Assembly (NCBI GenBank): GCA_945865815.1
Contig: CAMBFR010000002.1
Span: 30,308 to 94,307 of the forward strand
DNA length: 64,000 nucleotides
Direction of reading: 5' to 3'
Source of the DNA: Candidatus Sulfopaludibacter sp. SbA3
Lineage (GTDB): Bacteria; Acidobacteriota; Terriglobia; 20CM-2-55-15
This document shows, in pieces, positions 17,698 through 27,082 of the stretch. The position numbers and the translations under genes were made by a program. The notes under the pieces are model-generated. The model was not told where the DNA came from. It saw only the letters and a program-made list of their open reading frames with translations, and did no database searches. Positions within the stretch are counted from its first letter, which is position 1. Each line of letters begins with the position of its first letter.

Positions 17698-19254
17698 TCA
17701 CAGCGCCGCGGCGTCATGATGCTCGTGATGAGTCCTTCGGCCACTTTCGCCTTTCTTGCGACGAACAATGGCGAACAGGCGCTCTTCGAAAACAGTATCT
17801 GATCTGTGCAGGGAATAGTTCCGAACGGAACGCAGAACATGGCTGGGATGGAGCAGGTAGCTTAGGCCATACGAGAGAGACATACCCAACAGACGATAGA
17901 AAGAGATTTCCAGTGGGCCGACATTTTCGCAGTAGTTTGTATGCTGCTTCAGATCCATGAACGTCATCAGGGACCGAAAATATGCACGATTCATATCTGC
18001 GATGGCGCCGGTCTTACGAAGATACTCGTACAGTTCCGAGCCAGGGTAAGGAGAATAATTATAGATAGCCGTGTCGTCGACGCCGCTCCACGCAAATTTC
18101 ACGGCGCACCACACGGTCTGGAGCATGTCGCGGCGAGTTTCATGCGGAAAACCGATAATCAGGTTGCACTTGACAAATATTCCATTCGATTTCGCATGCT
18201 TGATGGATTCGAAAAGACGAGGAAGCGCAACCTTCTTCTTGATCAGCTTCAACGTTCGAACTGAGCCGCTTTCCGGAGCGTACGTAACGTTCATACATCC
18301 GGACGTAGCCATTTCCCGTAACACTTCTGAATCCATTGCTTCGGAACGGGTGCCGCTTGGCAACTGCCACGTAACCTTGAGATCGCGACTCTTCATCTCT
18401 TTGCAGAATGCGAGAATCCAGTCTCTCTTGATAATCGCCGTCAGGTCAAAAAAGTCGATGTTGTCGGCCTTATACGTTCTTACATAGTGCTCAATCTCGT
18501 CGACTACCATCCGGACGTTACGCATCAGGTATCGAGTAGTCCACATCAAAGGACTGGAGCAGAACGTACACTGGTAGGGACAGCCCCGGGTGGCCAGGAT
18601 TGGCATACTGCGACCGCGCTCTACTCCGTGCCCCTGCCCGGCCTTGAAGTAAGGCTCGAGATTGAACAAGTGCCAGGCTGGCCGTGGAATTTCATCAACG
18701 GCCCTGATTCGGGTGCGCTCTGGATTCACAACCATGTTTCCGCTTGCATCGAGATACCGAATTCCGTTGACGTCAGAGAGTGAGATCTTGCCATCAAGCC
18801 AGTCTGCCCAGTCGACGATGGTTTCATCGCCTTCTCCGACCGCTACAAAATTCACAGCAGGAAAACTTCGGAGCACATACTCACCAGCCGCAGTTGCGTG
18901 CTCCCCTCCCAGGATTATGGGAACATCGGGAAACCGATCGCGGATGGCGCTGATCATGTCTTCGATATGCGGCCAATCCTGGGAAAACATCGCCGAAATG
19001 CCAATGCCATCTGGCCTCTCGGTGATTCGCTCGACAATGCGGGGGATCGAAAGACCGCGGTACCTGACACGGGAGTCGTAGGAGACTCCTATGTTTTCAA
19101 TGTCTTCGCCAAGCGCATCCAGGTTTGAAACCTGATGCCCACTCTCGATCAGATTGGCGCTCAAGTAAGCGAGAGCTAAAGGCATGGTGACAGGAGCGCT
19201 ATAGCTGGAACTGGAAAACACCGCAGGGGGCCTGATAAGTAAGATACGACTCAT
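17698..19254 (-). CDS. B12-binding domain radical SAM protein
   Basis: B12-binding region (PIILGGEHATAAGEYVL...VAVGEGDETIVDWA). Radical SAM core ILATRGCPYQCTFCSSP. 518 aa. Confidence 0.85.
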   Translation of the reverse strand: MSRILLIRPPAVFSSSSYSAPVTMPLALAYLSANLIESGHQVSNLDALGEDIENIGVSYDSRVRYRGLSIPRIVERITERPDGIGISAMFSQDWPHIEDMISAIRDRFPDVPIILGGEHATAAGEYVLRSFPAVNFVAVGEGDETIVDWADWLDGKISLSDVNGIRYLDASGNMVVNPERTRIRAVDEIPRPAWHLFNLEPYFKAGQGHGVERGRSMPILATRGCPYQCTFCSSPLMWTTRYLMRNVRMVVDEIEHYVRTYKADNIDFFDLTAIIKRDWILAFCKEMKSRDLKVTWQLPSGTRSEAMDSEVLREMATSGCMNVTYAPESGSVRTLKLIKKKVALPRLFESIKHAKSNGIFVKCNLIIGFPHETRRDMLQTVWCAVKFAWSGVDDTAIYNYSPYPGSELYEYLRKTGAIADMNRAYFRSLMTFMDLKQHTNYCENVGPLEISFYRLLGMSLSYGLSYLLHPSHVLRSVRNYSLHRSDTVFEERLFAIVRRKKGESGRRTHHEHHDAAAL

Positions 19255-19302
19255 TTGGACCGCAAGTACATGGAGTTGATTGTACGCATATCGATCAAGA
19301 GG

Positions 19303-20268
19303 TCACAGTCTCTCTGTGTTGATGGTCTGAGCTACAATCGCTCCTCTTCTCGTTCGGAGTTCCTTGTATATACGGCCGACGTATTCCCCGATGATACCTA
19401 GAAAGACTGCGTTCAGAAGAATGGACGAAAGAATCAAAATAGTGGTTGTTGCAAACCCGGGCGGCCAATTCCATCCAAACACTGTTCTCGCAACTGTGTA
19501 TCCGATGATGCCGATGATCATCGAGATCGACACGATCAGGGCGGTAAAGCTGGCAAGCCGCAGCGGCACTATGGAATGGTTAAGAATTCCGTCGATGGCA
19601 AGCTTTGTCAGATTAACGAGACCAAACTTGCTGGTGCCCCGCTCACGTCCGGACCGGTCATAAGGAATCCCGTACTGCTTAAAACCCAGGGTCGCTATCG
19701 AACCCCGCAGATATGTATCCGACATGTGTTTCAGTTCCTCCAGTATCCGCCGGTCCATGAGCCGAAAATCCCCCGCATCACGAGGCAGGCGATCTTCGCT
19801 CAGAAAATCGATGAGCCTGTAAAACAGTTTTCGAATAGCCGTGATCGCACGGCCTTCCTGGCGAGTTCTCCGAACTCCGTACACGACTGCAAATCCCTCT
19901 TCCCATTTCTCTAACAAGGCAGGGATCAGGGAAGGTGGGTCCTGGAGATCGCAATCCAGCTGGATGGCAGCGTCTCCGGTGGCATATGTGTAAGCCGTGT
20001 ATATGGAGCGCTGATAACCGAAATTCCTCGAAAGGCCGATGACCTTGACGCGCTTGTCGGACGCGAGCTGAGTGAGAATTGAAAAGGAACTATCCGTACT
20101 GGAGTTATCGGAAAACACGATCTCAAACGAGTACTGCGGAAGCCCTTCGAAAACGCGGCAAACCTCTTTGTACAAAGGGACTATATTTTCTTCTTCGTTA
20201 TAGACCGGGACAACGATCGAGATTGTTTTTCTCGTTCGTGGGTGGCTCAATGTGGATTGCCCACTCAC
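19303..20268 (-). CDS. GT2 family polyprenyl-phosphate glycosyltransferase (ArnC/GtrB-like, with C-terminal TM helices)
   Basis: ISIVVPVYNEEENI, VFSDNSSTDSS and QLDCDLQDPP (DxD), plus two C-terminal hydrophobic helices as in ArnC. Confidence 0.8.
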   Translation of the reverse strand: MSGQSTLSHPRTRKTISIVVPVYNEEENIVPLYKEVCRVFEGLPQYSFEIVFSDNSSTDSSFSILTQLASDKRVKVIGLSRNFGYQRSIYTAYTYATGDAAIQLDCDLQDPPSLIPALLEKWEEGFAVVYGVRRTRQEGRAITAIRKLFYRLIDFLSEDRLPRDAGDFRLMDRRILEELKHMSDTYLRGSIATLGFKQYGIPYDRSGRERGTSKFGLVNLTKLAIDGILNHSIVPLRLASFTALIVSISMIIGIIGYTVARTVFGWNWPPGFATTTILILSSILLNAVFLGIIGEYVGRIYKELRTRRGAIVAQTINTERL

Positions 20269-21647
20269 GGCTCTTTCTCAGCACTCAAGGAGTTTGCAAC
20301 CGAGACACCCTGTGGCGCGGGCTTCCTGAAATACGACGAGAACTGCTCGATGACATAATCGATCATTTCGTCAGTCAGCCCAGGATAGACTCCGACAAAG
20401 AAAGTGTCCCGCATGATCCGATCTGATCCGGTCAATGCTCCATGAATCCGCCTCTGGATATCCATATAGCCGGGTTGTCTCAGAATATTGCCGCCAAAAA
20501 CCAGCCGCGTTTCGATATTGCGATCTTCCAGCCATCGGATAAGTCTGGCCCGATCGGTTCCAGGCTGCACGGTTATGGGAAATCCAAATGGGGAAGGATT
20601 TGATTTTGAATCGATCTGTGGAAGCAGGAGATATTCCTGCAATGAACGAAGGCCTTCGTAGAGTCGGCGAAAGTTATGACGTCTGCGCCCGACGAAGAGC
20701 GGGACTTTTTCGAGTTGGGCTAACCCGATCGCAGCCTGAAGGTCAGTGGGTTTCAAGTTGTAGCCAATATTCGAGTAGATGTACTTGTGATCGTAACCAA
20801 ACGGCAGTTCGCCCAGTTGCCACTCGAATCGCTTCCCGCAGGTATTTGAAACTCCCGGATCGCACCAGCAATCCCGGCCCCAGTCCCTTATGGACCTTGC
20901 CGTCTTTTTGAGCCGAGGATGATTGATAACGACGCCTCCGCCTTCGCCCATCGTCATCTGGTGAGCCGGATAGAAGCTCAAGGATGACATTGCGCCGAAC
21001 GTGCCGGCCAGTTGCCCGTCGTAGGTGGCTCCCAGAGCGTCGCAGCCGTCTTCGAGCAGCCACAACCGATGCCTGTCGGCGATGGCTTTGAGCGCATCCA
21101 TGTCACAGGGAAAACCAAGCGTATGCGGGACGAAAATAGCCCGGGTCCGCGGGCCTACTGCTCCTTCAACCTGTAACGGATCGACGTTGTAATTGCCAGG
21201 CTCACAATCCACGAAAACCGGAACGAGACCGTTCTGAATGACGGGTGCCAAGGTAGTCGGAAACGTGACGGCGGGAGTAATCACCTCATCACCAGGCACC
21301 AATGGCAGCGGATCGTCTTCTCGCAAAAAGGACTTCAGCTCCCGTGAGCATAACGTTGCGACCATCAGCAAATTTGCGGCCGATCCTGAATTCACCGCAA
21401 CAAAGTCGTTCGAACCGAAGAAGCGCTGCATTCCATTTTCGAATTTGTCGGCGTACGGACCTGCGGTCAGCCAGAAATCCAGGGAGGCATCAATTAAGTT
21501 CACCATCTCGCGTTCATCGTAGACCCGGCCCGAATAATTAATTCGACTCTTGCCTGGACTGAAAGAGGGACGCTGGTGCGCAGCATGGAAGTACGTACGG
21601 ACCATTTCAAGGATCTCTGTCTTCAACCCGTCGGCATCTTTACTCAT
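20265..21647 (-). CDS. rfbH: CDP-6-deoxy-D-xylo-4-hexulose-3-dehydrase-like (RfbH/DdhC/E1) PMP-dependent enzyme
   Basis: N-terminus LKTEILEMVRTYFHAAHQRPSFSPGKSRINYSGRVYDEREMVNLIDASLDFWLTAGPYADKFE closely follows the RfbH/E1 N-terminal signature; 460 aa; ATGA overlap on both sides. Confidence 0.8.
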   Translation of the reverse strand: MSKDADGLKTEILEMVRTYFHAAHQRPSFSPGKSRINYSGRVYDEREMVNLIDASLDFWLTAGPYADKFENGMQRFFGSNDFVAVNSGSAANLLMVATLCSRELKSFLREDDPLPLVPGDEVITPAVTFPTTLAPVIQNGLVPVFVDCEPGNYNVDPLQVEGAVGPRTRAIFVPHTLGFPCDMDALKAIADRHRLWLLEDGCDALGATYDGQLAGTFGAMSSLSFYPAHQMTMGEGGGVVINHPRLKKTARSIRDWGRDCWCDPGVSNTCGKRFEWQLGELPFGYDHKYIYSNIGYNLKPTDLQAAIGLAQLEKVPLFVGRRRHNFRRLYEGLRSLQEYLLLPQIDSKSNPSPFGFPITVQPGTDRARLIRWLEDRNIETRLVFGGNILRQPGYMDIQRRIHGALTGSDRIMRDTFFVGVYPGLTDEMIDYVIEQFSSYFRKPAPQGVSVANSLSAEKEP

Positions 21648-23011
21648 AATGCCTCCTTAACCACAGCATAACCCCGGCCCACTGAACGATACGTAACATC
21701 CGAGGAAAAGTATGTTTCATTCAACAAGTTTCGCGCATCGATGATGATGGGGTGGGCCATCAGTTTCACCAACTCACCCCAGTTCAGTTCTCGAAATTGC
21801 GGCCATGCTGTCGCTATAACAGCCGCATCAGCACCGCGCAAGACATCCTCGACGCTGCTCCGAAGCGCAATATCGATACTACCAGCCCGGACTTGAGCAA
21901 CTGAAATGAGTGGATCGTGTGCACAGATTGCCGCACCCGCTTGATGCAGTCGCCGGGCAATCGAAATTGCCGGTGAGTCCCTGAGATCATCGGTGCCCGG
22001 CTTGAATGCCAGACCGAGCAGTGCAATGCGCTTGCCCTGAACTCCTCCGGCGGTTTGCTGGAGTAATCCAACGACCTGATCCGGTCTTCTTTCGTTCACA
22101 TTCATCACCGCGTCAAGCAGCGGTGTCCGCGCCTGGACTCGGGAAGCAAACTCTCGCAAAGCGTTAACGTCCTTCGGTAAGCAGCTTCCACCAAACCCGC
22201 AACCCGCGCGCAGATAATGAAGAATCCCTGGACGAACAGCTTCACCGCTCACAGAAGTTGCAAATCGGCGGTCCAGGTGAACGCCGTCCATCACGGTTTC
22301 AATATCACTGTCAGGCATGGCCTCACAGAGGCCGGCAATTTCGTTGCTGAACGAGATCAGCGTCGCCAGCAATGAATTCGACGTATATTTGATCAACTCC
22401 GCATTTCTCAAAGTGGTTCGCAGTTTGGGGCACCCAAAGTTCGCATAGAGTTGCATCAGCACGTCACCGGACTTTCGATTCCACTCTCCAACAATAATGC
22501 GGTCGGGATTCATGAAATCATCGACAGCCGAGCCTTCGCGGAGGAATTCCGGATTCATGCACAATCCAAACTGTCCCGCCGTCATACCCGATTCCCGTTC
22601 CAGTACCTGGCGGACAAACGTATCCGTCGTTTGAGGCTGTACCGTGCTTTTCACAACAACGACGTGATAGGAACCGTGTTTCCGCAATTCGCGACCAATG
22701 CTGCTCGCCGCCGATGTCAGGAACCGCAAGTCAACAGTATCGCCAGACTGCGGAGTTCCTACTGCGATTATCGAAAGCGCGCTACCGGTCAACGCACCCG
22801 CGGAGTCCGTGGCCAGAATCAGTGTCTTTCGTTCAAGGCCGCGACGGATCAGTTCATTCAGGCCAGGCTCGTGGAATGGGGCTTTGGCTTGTTGAATAGC
22901 CGAAATTCGCTCGGTCGACACGTCAACACACCTTACGATGTGTCCCAACGACGACAGACAAGCCGCCGTCACCAAACCGACGTAGCCCGCGCCAAAAATC
23001 GTAATCTGCAT
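21644..23011 (-). CDS. nucleotide-sugar dehydrogenase (UDP-glucose/GDP-mannose dehydrogenase family)
   Basis: MQITIFGAGYVGLVTAACLS (NAD-binding GxGxxG) and catalytic region GFGGSCLPKD; 455 aa. Confidence 0.85.
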   Translation of the reverse strand: MQITIFGAGYVGLVTAACLSSLGHIVRCVDVSTERISAIQQAKAPFHEPGLNELIRRGLERKTLILATDSAGALTGSALSIIAVGTPQSGDTVDLRFLTSAASSIGRELRKHGSYHVVVVKSTVQPQTTDTFVRQVLERESGMTAGQFGLCMNPEFLREGSAVDDFMNPDRIIVGEWNRKSGDVLMQLYANFGCPKLRTTLRNAELIKYTSNSLLATLISFSNEIAGLCEAMPDSDIETVMDGVHLDRRFATSVSGEAVRPGILHYLRAGCGFGGSCLPKDVNALREFASRVQARTPLLDAVMNVNERRPDQVVGLLQQTAGGVQGKRIALLGLAFKPGTDDLRDSPAISIARRLHQAGAAICAHDPLISVAQVRAGSIDIALRSSVEDVLRGADAAVIATAWPQFRELNWGELVKLMAHPIIIDARNLLNETYFSSDVTYRSVGRGYAVVKEAL

Positions 23012-23013
23012 TG

Positions 23014-24120
23014 TTATCGACGGATAGTACCGTTAGCTGCCTCTGGAGAGCAGGCAGGATGGTCTGAATCCTGATAAGACCGCAATGTTCTGGTCAAACC
23101 TTCGCGAATATCCACTTCTGGCTTCCACGTACCCAGATTACGCAGCTTGGTCAGATCGGGATAACGGCGATTGGGATTGTCTGTGAGGTAGTCGCTGTCC
23201 TCACTGATGTGGTACTCGACCGTTATGCCCGGACCGGCAACCTGACACATCACATCGGCAACGCGTGAAATCGGAGTTTCCTCCGTGTCGTTCCCGACGT
23301 TAAACGCCTCTCCATTGGCATCTGAAAGCAGGACAAGCAGCATGGCTCGAATTGCGTCTCGAATGTAACAAAAGGCGCGCGTTGCGCGACCATCGCTGTA
23401 CAAGACAAGCGGCTGCCGCCGAAGCGCCTTTGATATCAGATCTGGAATGATCCGGCCGTCATCCAACCGCTGTCCCGGTCCGTAGACATTAAACGGGCGG
23501 ACCACCTTCACGGGCAGTCCGAAAAGGCGATGGTATGAAAAACAAAGCGTCTCAGCCAGTCTCTTCGACTCGTCGTAGCACGCACGAGGCCCCACGCACG
23601 AAACACTGCCACGATATGTCTCGGGAGTCGGAATGGCGTTCGGCTCAGGATCGCCGTAGATTTCGCTGCTGCTCAAGTAAAGGAAGCTTTGAGTGCCACA
23701 TCGGGCTGCCTCCAGAAGATTCCGGGTACCGTCAACGTTAACGGCTATTGTCTCGAGAGGATAACGGCGGTAGAACACAGGCGAGGCGATGCTGGCTCCG
23801 TGAATGATGTAGCCTGGCTGCGCATCCAGAGTGAGCCCCTTGCTTAAGTCGGCAGTCACGACCTGTACATCAGCCCTGTCTGCCAAATGCTGAAGCCGAT
23901 CCGGGACTCCACTCACGAAATTGTCCACGGCTATGACGCGACAGGGATCATCCAGCGCCGCATCGTTGAACGCAACTAACAGATCCACGAAGTAACTCGG
24001 CAGAAACCCGCACGCTCCCGTTACGAGGACCGTTTTTCCCGCCAACACAGACAGCGTGTCGGCCATCTGCGCCGCTACATACTGGACGTCTTCGAGAATT
24101 ACTGTAGAGATCTTTGCCAT
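23014..24120 (-). CDS. NAD-dependent epimerase/dehydratase family protein
   Basis: VLVTGACGFLPSYFVDLL Rossmann motif and YDESKR (YxxxK). Confidence 0.8.
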   Translation of the reverse strand: MAKISTVILEDVQYVAAQMADTLSVLAGKTVLVTGACGFLPSYFVDLLVAFNDAALDDPCRVIAVDNFVSGVPDRLQHLADRADVQVVTADLSKGLTLDAQPGYIIHGASIASPVFYRRYPLETIAVNVDGTRNLLEAARCGTQSFLYLSSSEIYGDPEPNAIPTPETYRGSVSCVGPRACYDESKRLAETLCFSYHRLFGLPVKVVRPFNVYGPGQRLDDGRIIPDLISKALRRQPLVLYSDGRATRAFCYIRDAIRAMLLVLLSDANGEAFNVGNDTEETPISRVADVMCQVAGPGITVEYHISEDSDYLTDNPNRRYPDLTKLRNLGTWKPEVDIREGLTRTLRSYQDSDHPACSPEAANGTIRR

Positions 24121-24122
24121 TC

Positions 24123-25109
24123 TCAGGCTTCGCTCAGCTGATCTAACAGATCCCTATGCTCACGGTACCAGTCAATGGTCCTCTGTAAGCCTTCTTCCAG
24201 GTCCACGGTTGGTTGCCATCCCAAATGCATTCTTGCCAGTTTGTTGGTTCCACTCTGAAAAAACATCTCGCCAGTCCTGTATGGAATCGCGCCAACGTGG
24301 ATGCTCGCAGGCTGGCCCAGAAGCCGATAAATGAGTTCGACTGCGGATCGCATTCTTGTTCCCTGCCCGCTGCATAGATTCAAGACGTTCCCGACCGCGG
24401 TATCGGATCCGGCGGCAAGCAGAACACCCTCGACAGCATCATCTATGTAGACAAGATCTCGCTCCTGCTCCCCGCTCGTCATGTTCATGTCTCTGCGAAG
24501 CAGACCGTTGACGATCGCACTGGGAACCAGACGAGTCGCGCGTTCCCAAGGGCCATACGGCGTAAACAGACGAATTGAGATAACCTTCAGCCCAGTTGAT
24601 CGGCCGATGGACTGTGCCAGGATTGTGCCGGCGGCCTTCGAGGCGCCATAGATTGTGGTCGGGCAGAGGCTCGATTCTTCCGAAAGTGCGCTACCCTCTC
24701 CGTACTCAAAACTTGAACCGAAATGAATGAGCCTCTCCACCCCGGCGTTGGCGCAGCCGTTGGCGATTGCAAACGTCCCAAATACGTTGGTGTGAAGTAC
24801 CGACTCGCTGGGCGTAGATGGCACGACTCCCGCTGCAGCCGCATGAAAGACTATCTGCGGCTTTGCAGCATCAAGTATTCGCGCAACACTCCCTATATCG
24901 GAACAATCACCTTCGACGACATGGAGTTCACGAGCAATATCGGCTATCCGGAAGCGATGCGAAGCCGGCCGTACCAGGACGGTTACATCTGCACCCGCAC
25001 CAAGCAGTCTCCGCGCTAAGTGTGAGCCTACGAAGCCGGTTGCGCCTGTTACGAAGACTCGACATCCTCTCCAGTCCCTCGTCGGGCGCTGGCTCACCAA
25101 ACCATCCAT
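24123..25109 (-). CDS. NAD-dependent epimerase/dehydratase family protein (candidate CDP-hexose 4,6-dehydratase or reductase step)
   Basis: VFVTGATGFVGSHLARRLL and YGASKAA (YxxxK). Position between rfbF and rfbH homologues. Confidence 0.7.
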   Translation of the reverse strand: MDGLVSQRPTRDWRGCRVFVTGATGFVGSHLARRLLGAGADVTVLVRPASHRFRIADIARELHVVEGDCSDIGSVARILDAAKPQIVFHAAAAGVVPSTPSESVLHTNVFGTFAIANGCANAGVERLIHFGSSFEYGEGSALSEESSLCPTTIYGASKAAGTILAQSIGRSTGLKVISIRLFTPYGPWERATRLVPSAIVNGLLRRDMNMTSGEQERDLVYIDDAVEGVLLAAGSDTAVGNVLNLCSGQGTRMRSAVELIYRLLGQPASIHVGAIPYRTGEMFFQSGTNKLARMHLGWQPTVDLEEGLQRTIDWYREHRDLLDQLSEA

Positions 25110-25861
25110 GGAACGTTGCCACTCTCCCAGATGCGCTCCATCAACTGCATGTCTCTCAAGGTGTCGATGGATTGCCAGAATCCTTCATGACGATATCCAA
25201 CAAGCTGTCCTTCCTCTGCAAGCCTCTGCATGGGCTCCCGCTCCCAGGAAACATCGTCGCCACTAATGTAGTTAAGGGCTTCAGGCTCAAGGACGAAGAA
25301 TCCCCCGTTGATCCAGCCTTCTCCAACCTGAGGTTTTTCTTCAAAACGGACGACCTTGTCGCCCTCAAGGCTTATGCTGCCGAATCTGGCCGGAGGCCTG
25401 ACCGCAGTAACCGTTGCCAGGCGTCCATGCTTCTTATGAAATTCAAGGAGAGAATTTATGTTGATGTTTGCAAGGCCGTCGCCGTACGTGAACATGAATG
25501 TTTCTTTGCCGAGCACCCGAGACAAACGGCGCAGGCGCCCTCCAGTCAGCGTGTTCATGCCTGTCGAAACAAGCTGGACAGTCCAGTCTTCCCGGCTGGA
25601 GTCATGCGTTTCTATTTCGCCACTTCCTAGCTTGACCGTCAGGTCGTGAGACATGTGATGGTGACTAAGAAAATAGTTCTTGATCACGTCCCCTTTGTAA
25701 CCCAGCGCAACAGCAAAGTCAGTCAGTCCGTAAGCGGAATAGATCTTCATGATGTGCCAGAGCAGCGGCTGACCTCCAATTTCGATCATGGGTTTGGGCT
25801 TCGTGAGCGTCTCTTCCTGAAGGCGAGTCCCGTATCCACCTGCTAGAATCGCTACTTTCAT
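25094..25861 (-). CDS. rfbF: glucose-1-phosphate cytidylyltransferase
   Basis: MKVAILAGGYGTRLQEETLTKPKPMIEIGGQPLLWHIMKIYSAYG is near-identical in pattern to RfbF/DdhA N-termini. MTGGRL and GDGLANI motifs present. Confidence 0.88.
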   Translation of the reverse strand: MKVAILAGGYGTRLQEETLTKPKPMIEIGGQPLLWHIMKIYSAYGLTDFAVALGYKGDVIKNYFLSHHHMSHDLTVKLGSGEIETHDSSREDWTVQLVSTGMNTLTGGRLRRLSRVLGKETFMFTYGDGLANININSLLEFHKKHGRLATVTAVRPPARFGSISLEGDKVVRFEEKPQVGEGWINGGFFVLEPEALNYISGDDVSWEREPMQRLAEEGQLVGYRHEGFWQSIDTLRDMQLMERIWESGNVPWMVW

Positions 25862-26023
25862 ACGATAATCTCAAGAATCGAAGCGCTGCCAACGCGCCAC
25901 AACGCGTAACACCACCCCGAACCTTTTCTGATAGTTGTTAGTCTTAAGAAATCGTGAGAGGTCACACGTCCTCGACTGGCCGGGAGACGCTGATTCACAC
26001 GCAACAGCAATCGGTACAGCAGT

Positions 26024-27082
26024 TCATGCTCGAAGAAGAAAACGCAGCGGTCGCAGCCCATCGAGGACTCTTGTTACAAACTTCCGCATTCCTGGAATCA
26101 GGAGCGGTGAAAGCCCGAAGAAGATGCCTCGTACTATCATGGGTGGACACCAATCCATTTTCCTCGCCACCGTGACACCGGGTCCCAGCCACTTGTAGAC
26201 CGTTCGGCTTAACGAAACGACCTCGGCCGATTTCAGGCCAAGAACCGCGCCAGAGTTCTTCAGAATCCGATCGACGGATTCGATGAGATCCGTCAATTCT
26301 TTCTTGGACAGGTGCTGTTCCCATACGCCGGGCTCTATACGCAGCAATGAACCTGCCAGGCGCAAATCCGATGCGGGAAGCAGAGTCGCCAGAAGTTTTT
26401 CGTGAGCGCGAACTGTATCCTCCCAATGCTTGTGAGCCTTTGTCGCGGACTGACGCCCTCCGTGAACTCTGTACATCGACAATGGTTCCTCGATTACAGC
26501 CGCGCGGTGTCCACGCAACATTACATCAATCCACAAGGCGTAGTCCGAAGCGATGGCGTAGGTTTGATCATATCCACCCGCTTCGCATATGACCGCGCGC
26601 CGGTATGCCACTGCGGGGTGAAGCAACGCGCACCGCCCCACCAGGAAGAGCCCCGCCAGCTCACCAAAGTCCCGGACACGCCACTTCCACACCGTTCTTT
26701 TCACCGTGTGCTCATCGATGCTGTAGGCCCAGCTTCCAACAACTGCAACATCGGGATGCTCGTCCAGATACCGGACCTGTTTATCGATTCGCCCGGGCAG
26801 GCACATATCGTCCTGATCAATCCGGACCACGATTTCGCCGCGGGCTTCCTTCAGGCCGATGTTCAGCGACGGGTTCTGCCCCAGGTTCTGCGGATTGGAC
26901 AGCAGACGAATTCGAGCATCCGCGTAGGACCGGATTAACGCCACGGATCCATCCGTGCTCGCATCATCGATGATGAGGAATTCGAAGTCCCGGAAGCTCT
27001 GCGTTAGAACACTCTCGATGGCTTCTGCGAGATAGGCCTGACCGTTATAGACGGTCATCAGTACCGTGACTCGAGACGTCAT
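26024..27082 (-). CDS. GT2 family glycosyltransferase
   Basis: VTVLMTVYNGQAYLAEAIESVLTQSFRDFEFLIIDDASTDGS and downstream DQDD (DxD). Confidence 0.8.
   Translation of the reverse strand: MTSRVTVLMTVYNGQAYLAEAIESVLTQSFRDFEFLIIDDASTDGSVALIRSYADARIRLLSNPQNLGQNPSLNIGLKEARGEIVVRIDQDDMCLPGRIDKQVRYLDEHPDVAVVGSWAYSIDEHTVKRTVWKWRVRDFGELAGLFLVGRCALLHPAVAYRRAVICEAGGYDQTYAIASDYALWIDVMLRGHRAAVIEEPLSMYRVHGGRQSATKAHKHWEDTVRAHEKLLATLLPASDLRLAGSLLRIEPGVWEQHLSKKELTDLIESVDRILKNSGAVLGLKSAEVVSLSRTVYKWLGPGVTVARKMDWCPPMIVRGIFFGLSPLLIPGMRKFVTRVLDGLRPLRFLLRA

Noticed and set aside
2083-19254. B12-radical SAM proteins as hopanoid (HpnP/HpnR) or bacteriochlorophyll (BchE) enzymes, or as RiPP maturases
   Set aside because: No squalene-hopene cyclase, hpn, bch or precursor-peptide genes anywhere in the window. 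The small ORFs near the SPASM radical SAM (for example a 17-aa frame at about 11250..11305) have no leader/core features.
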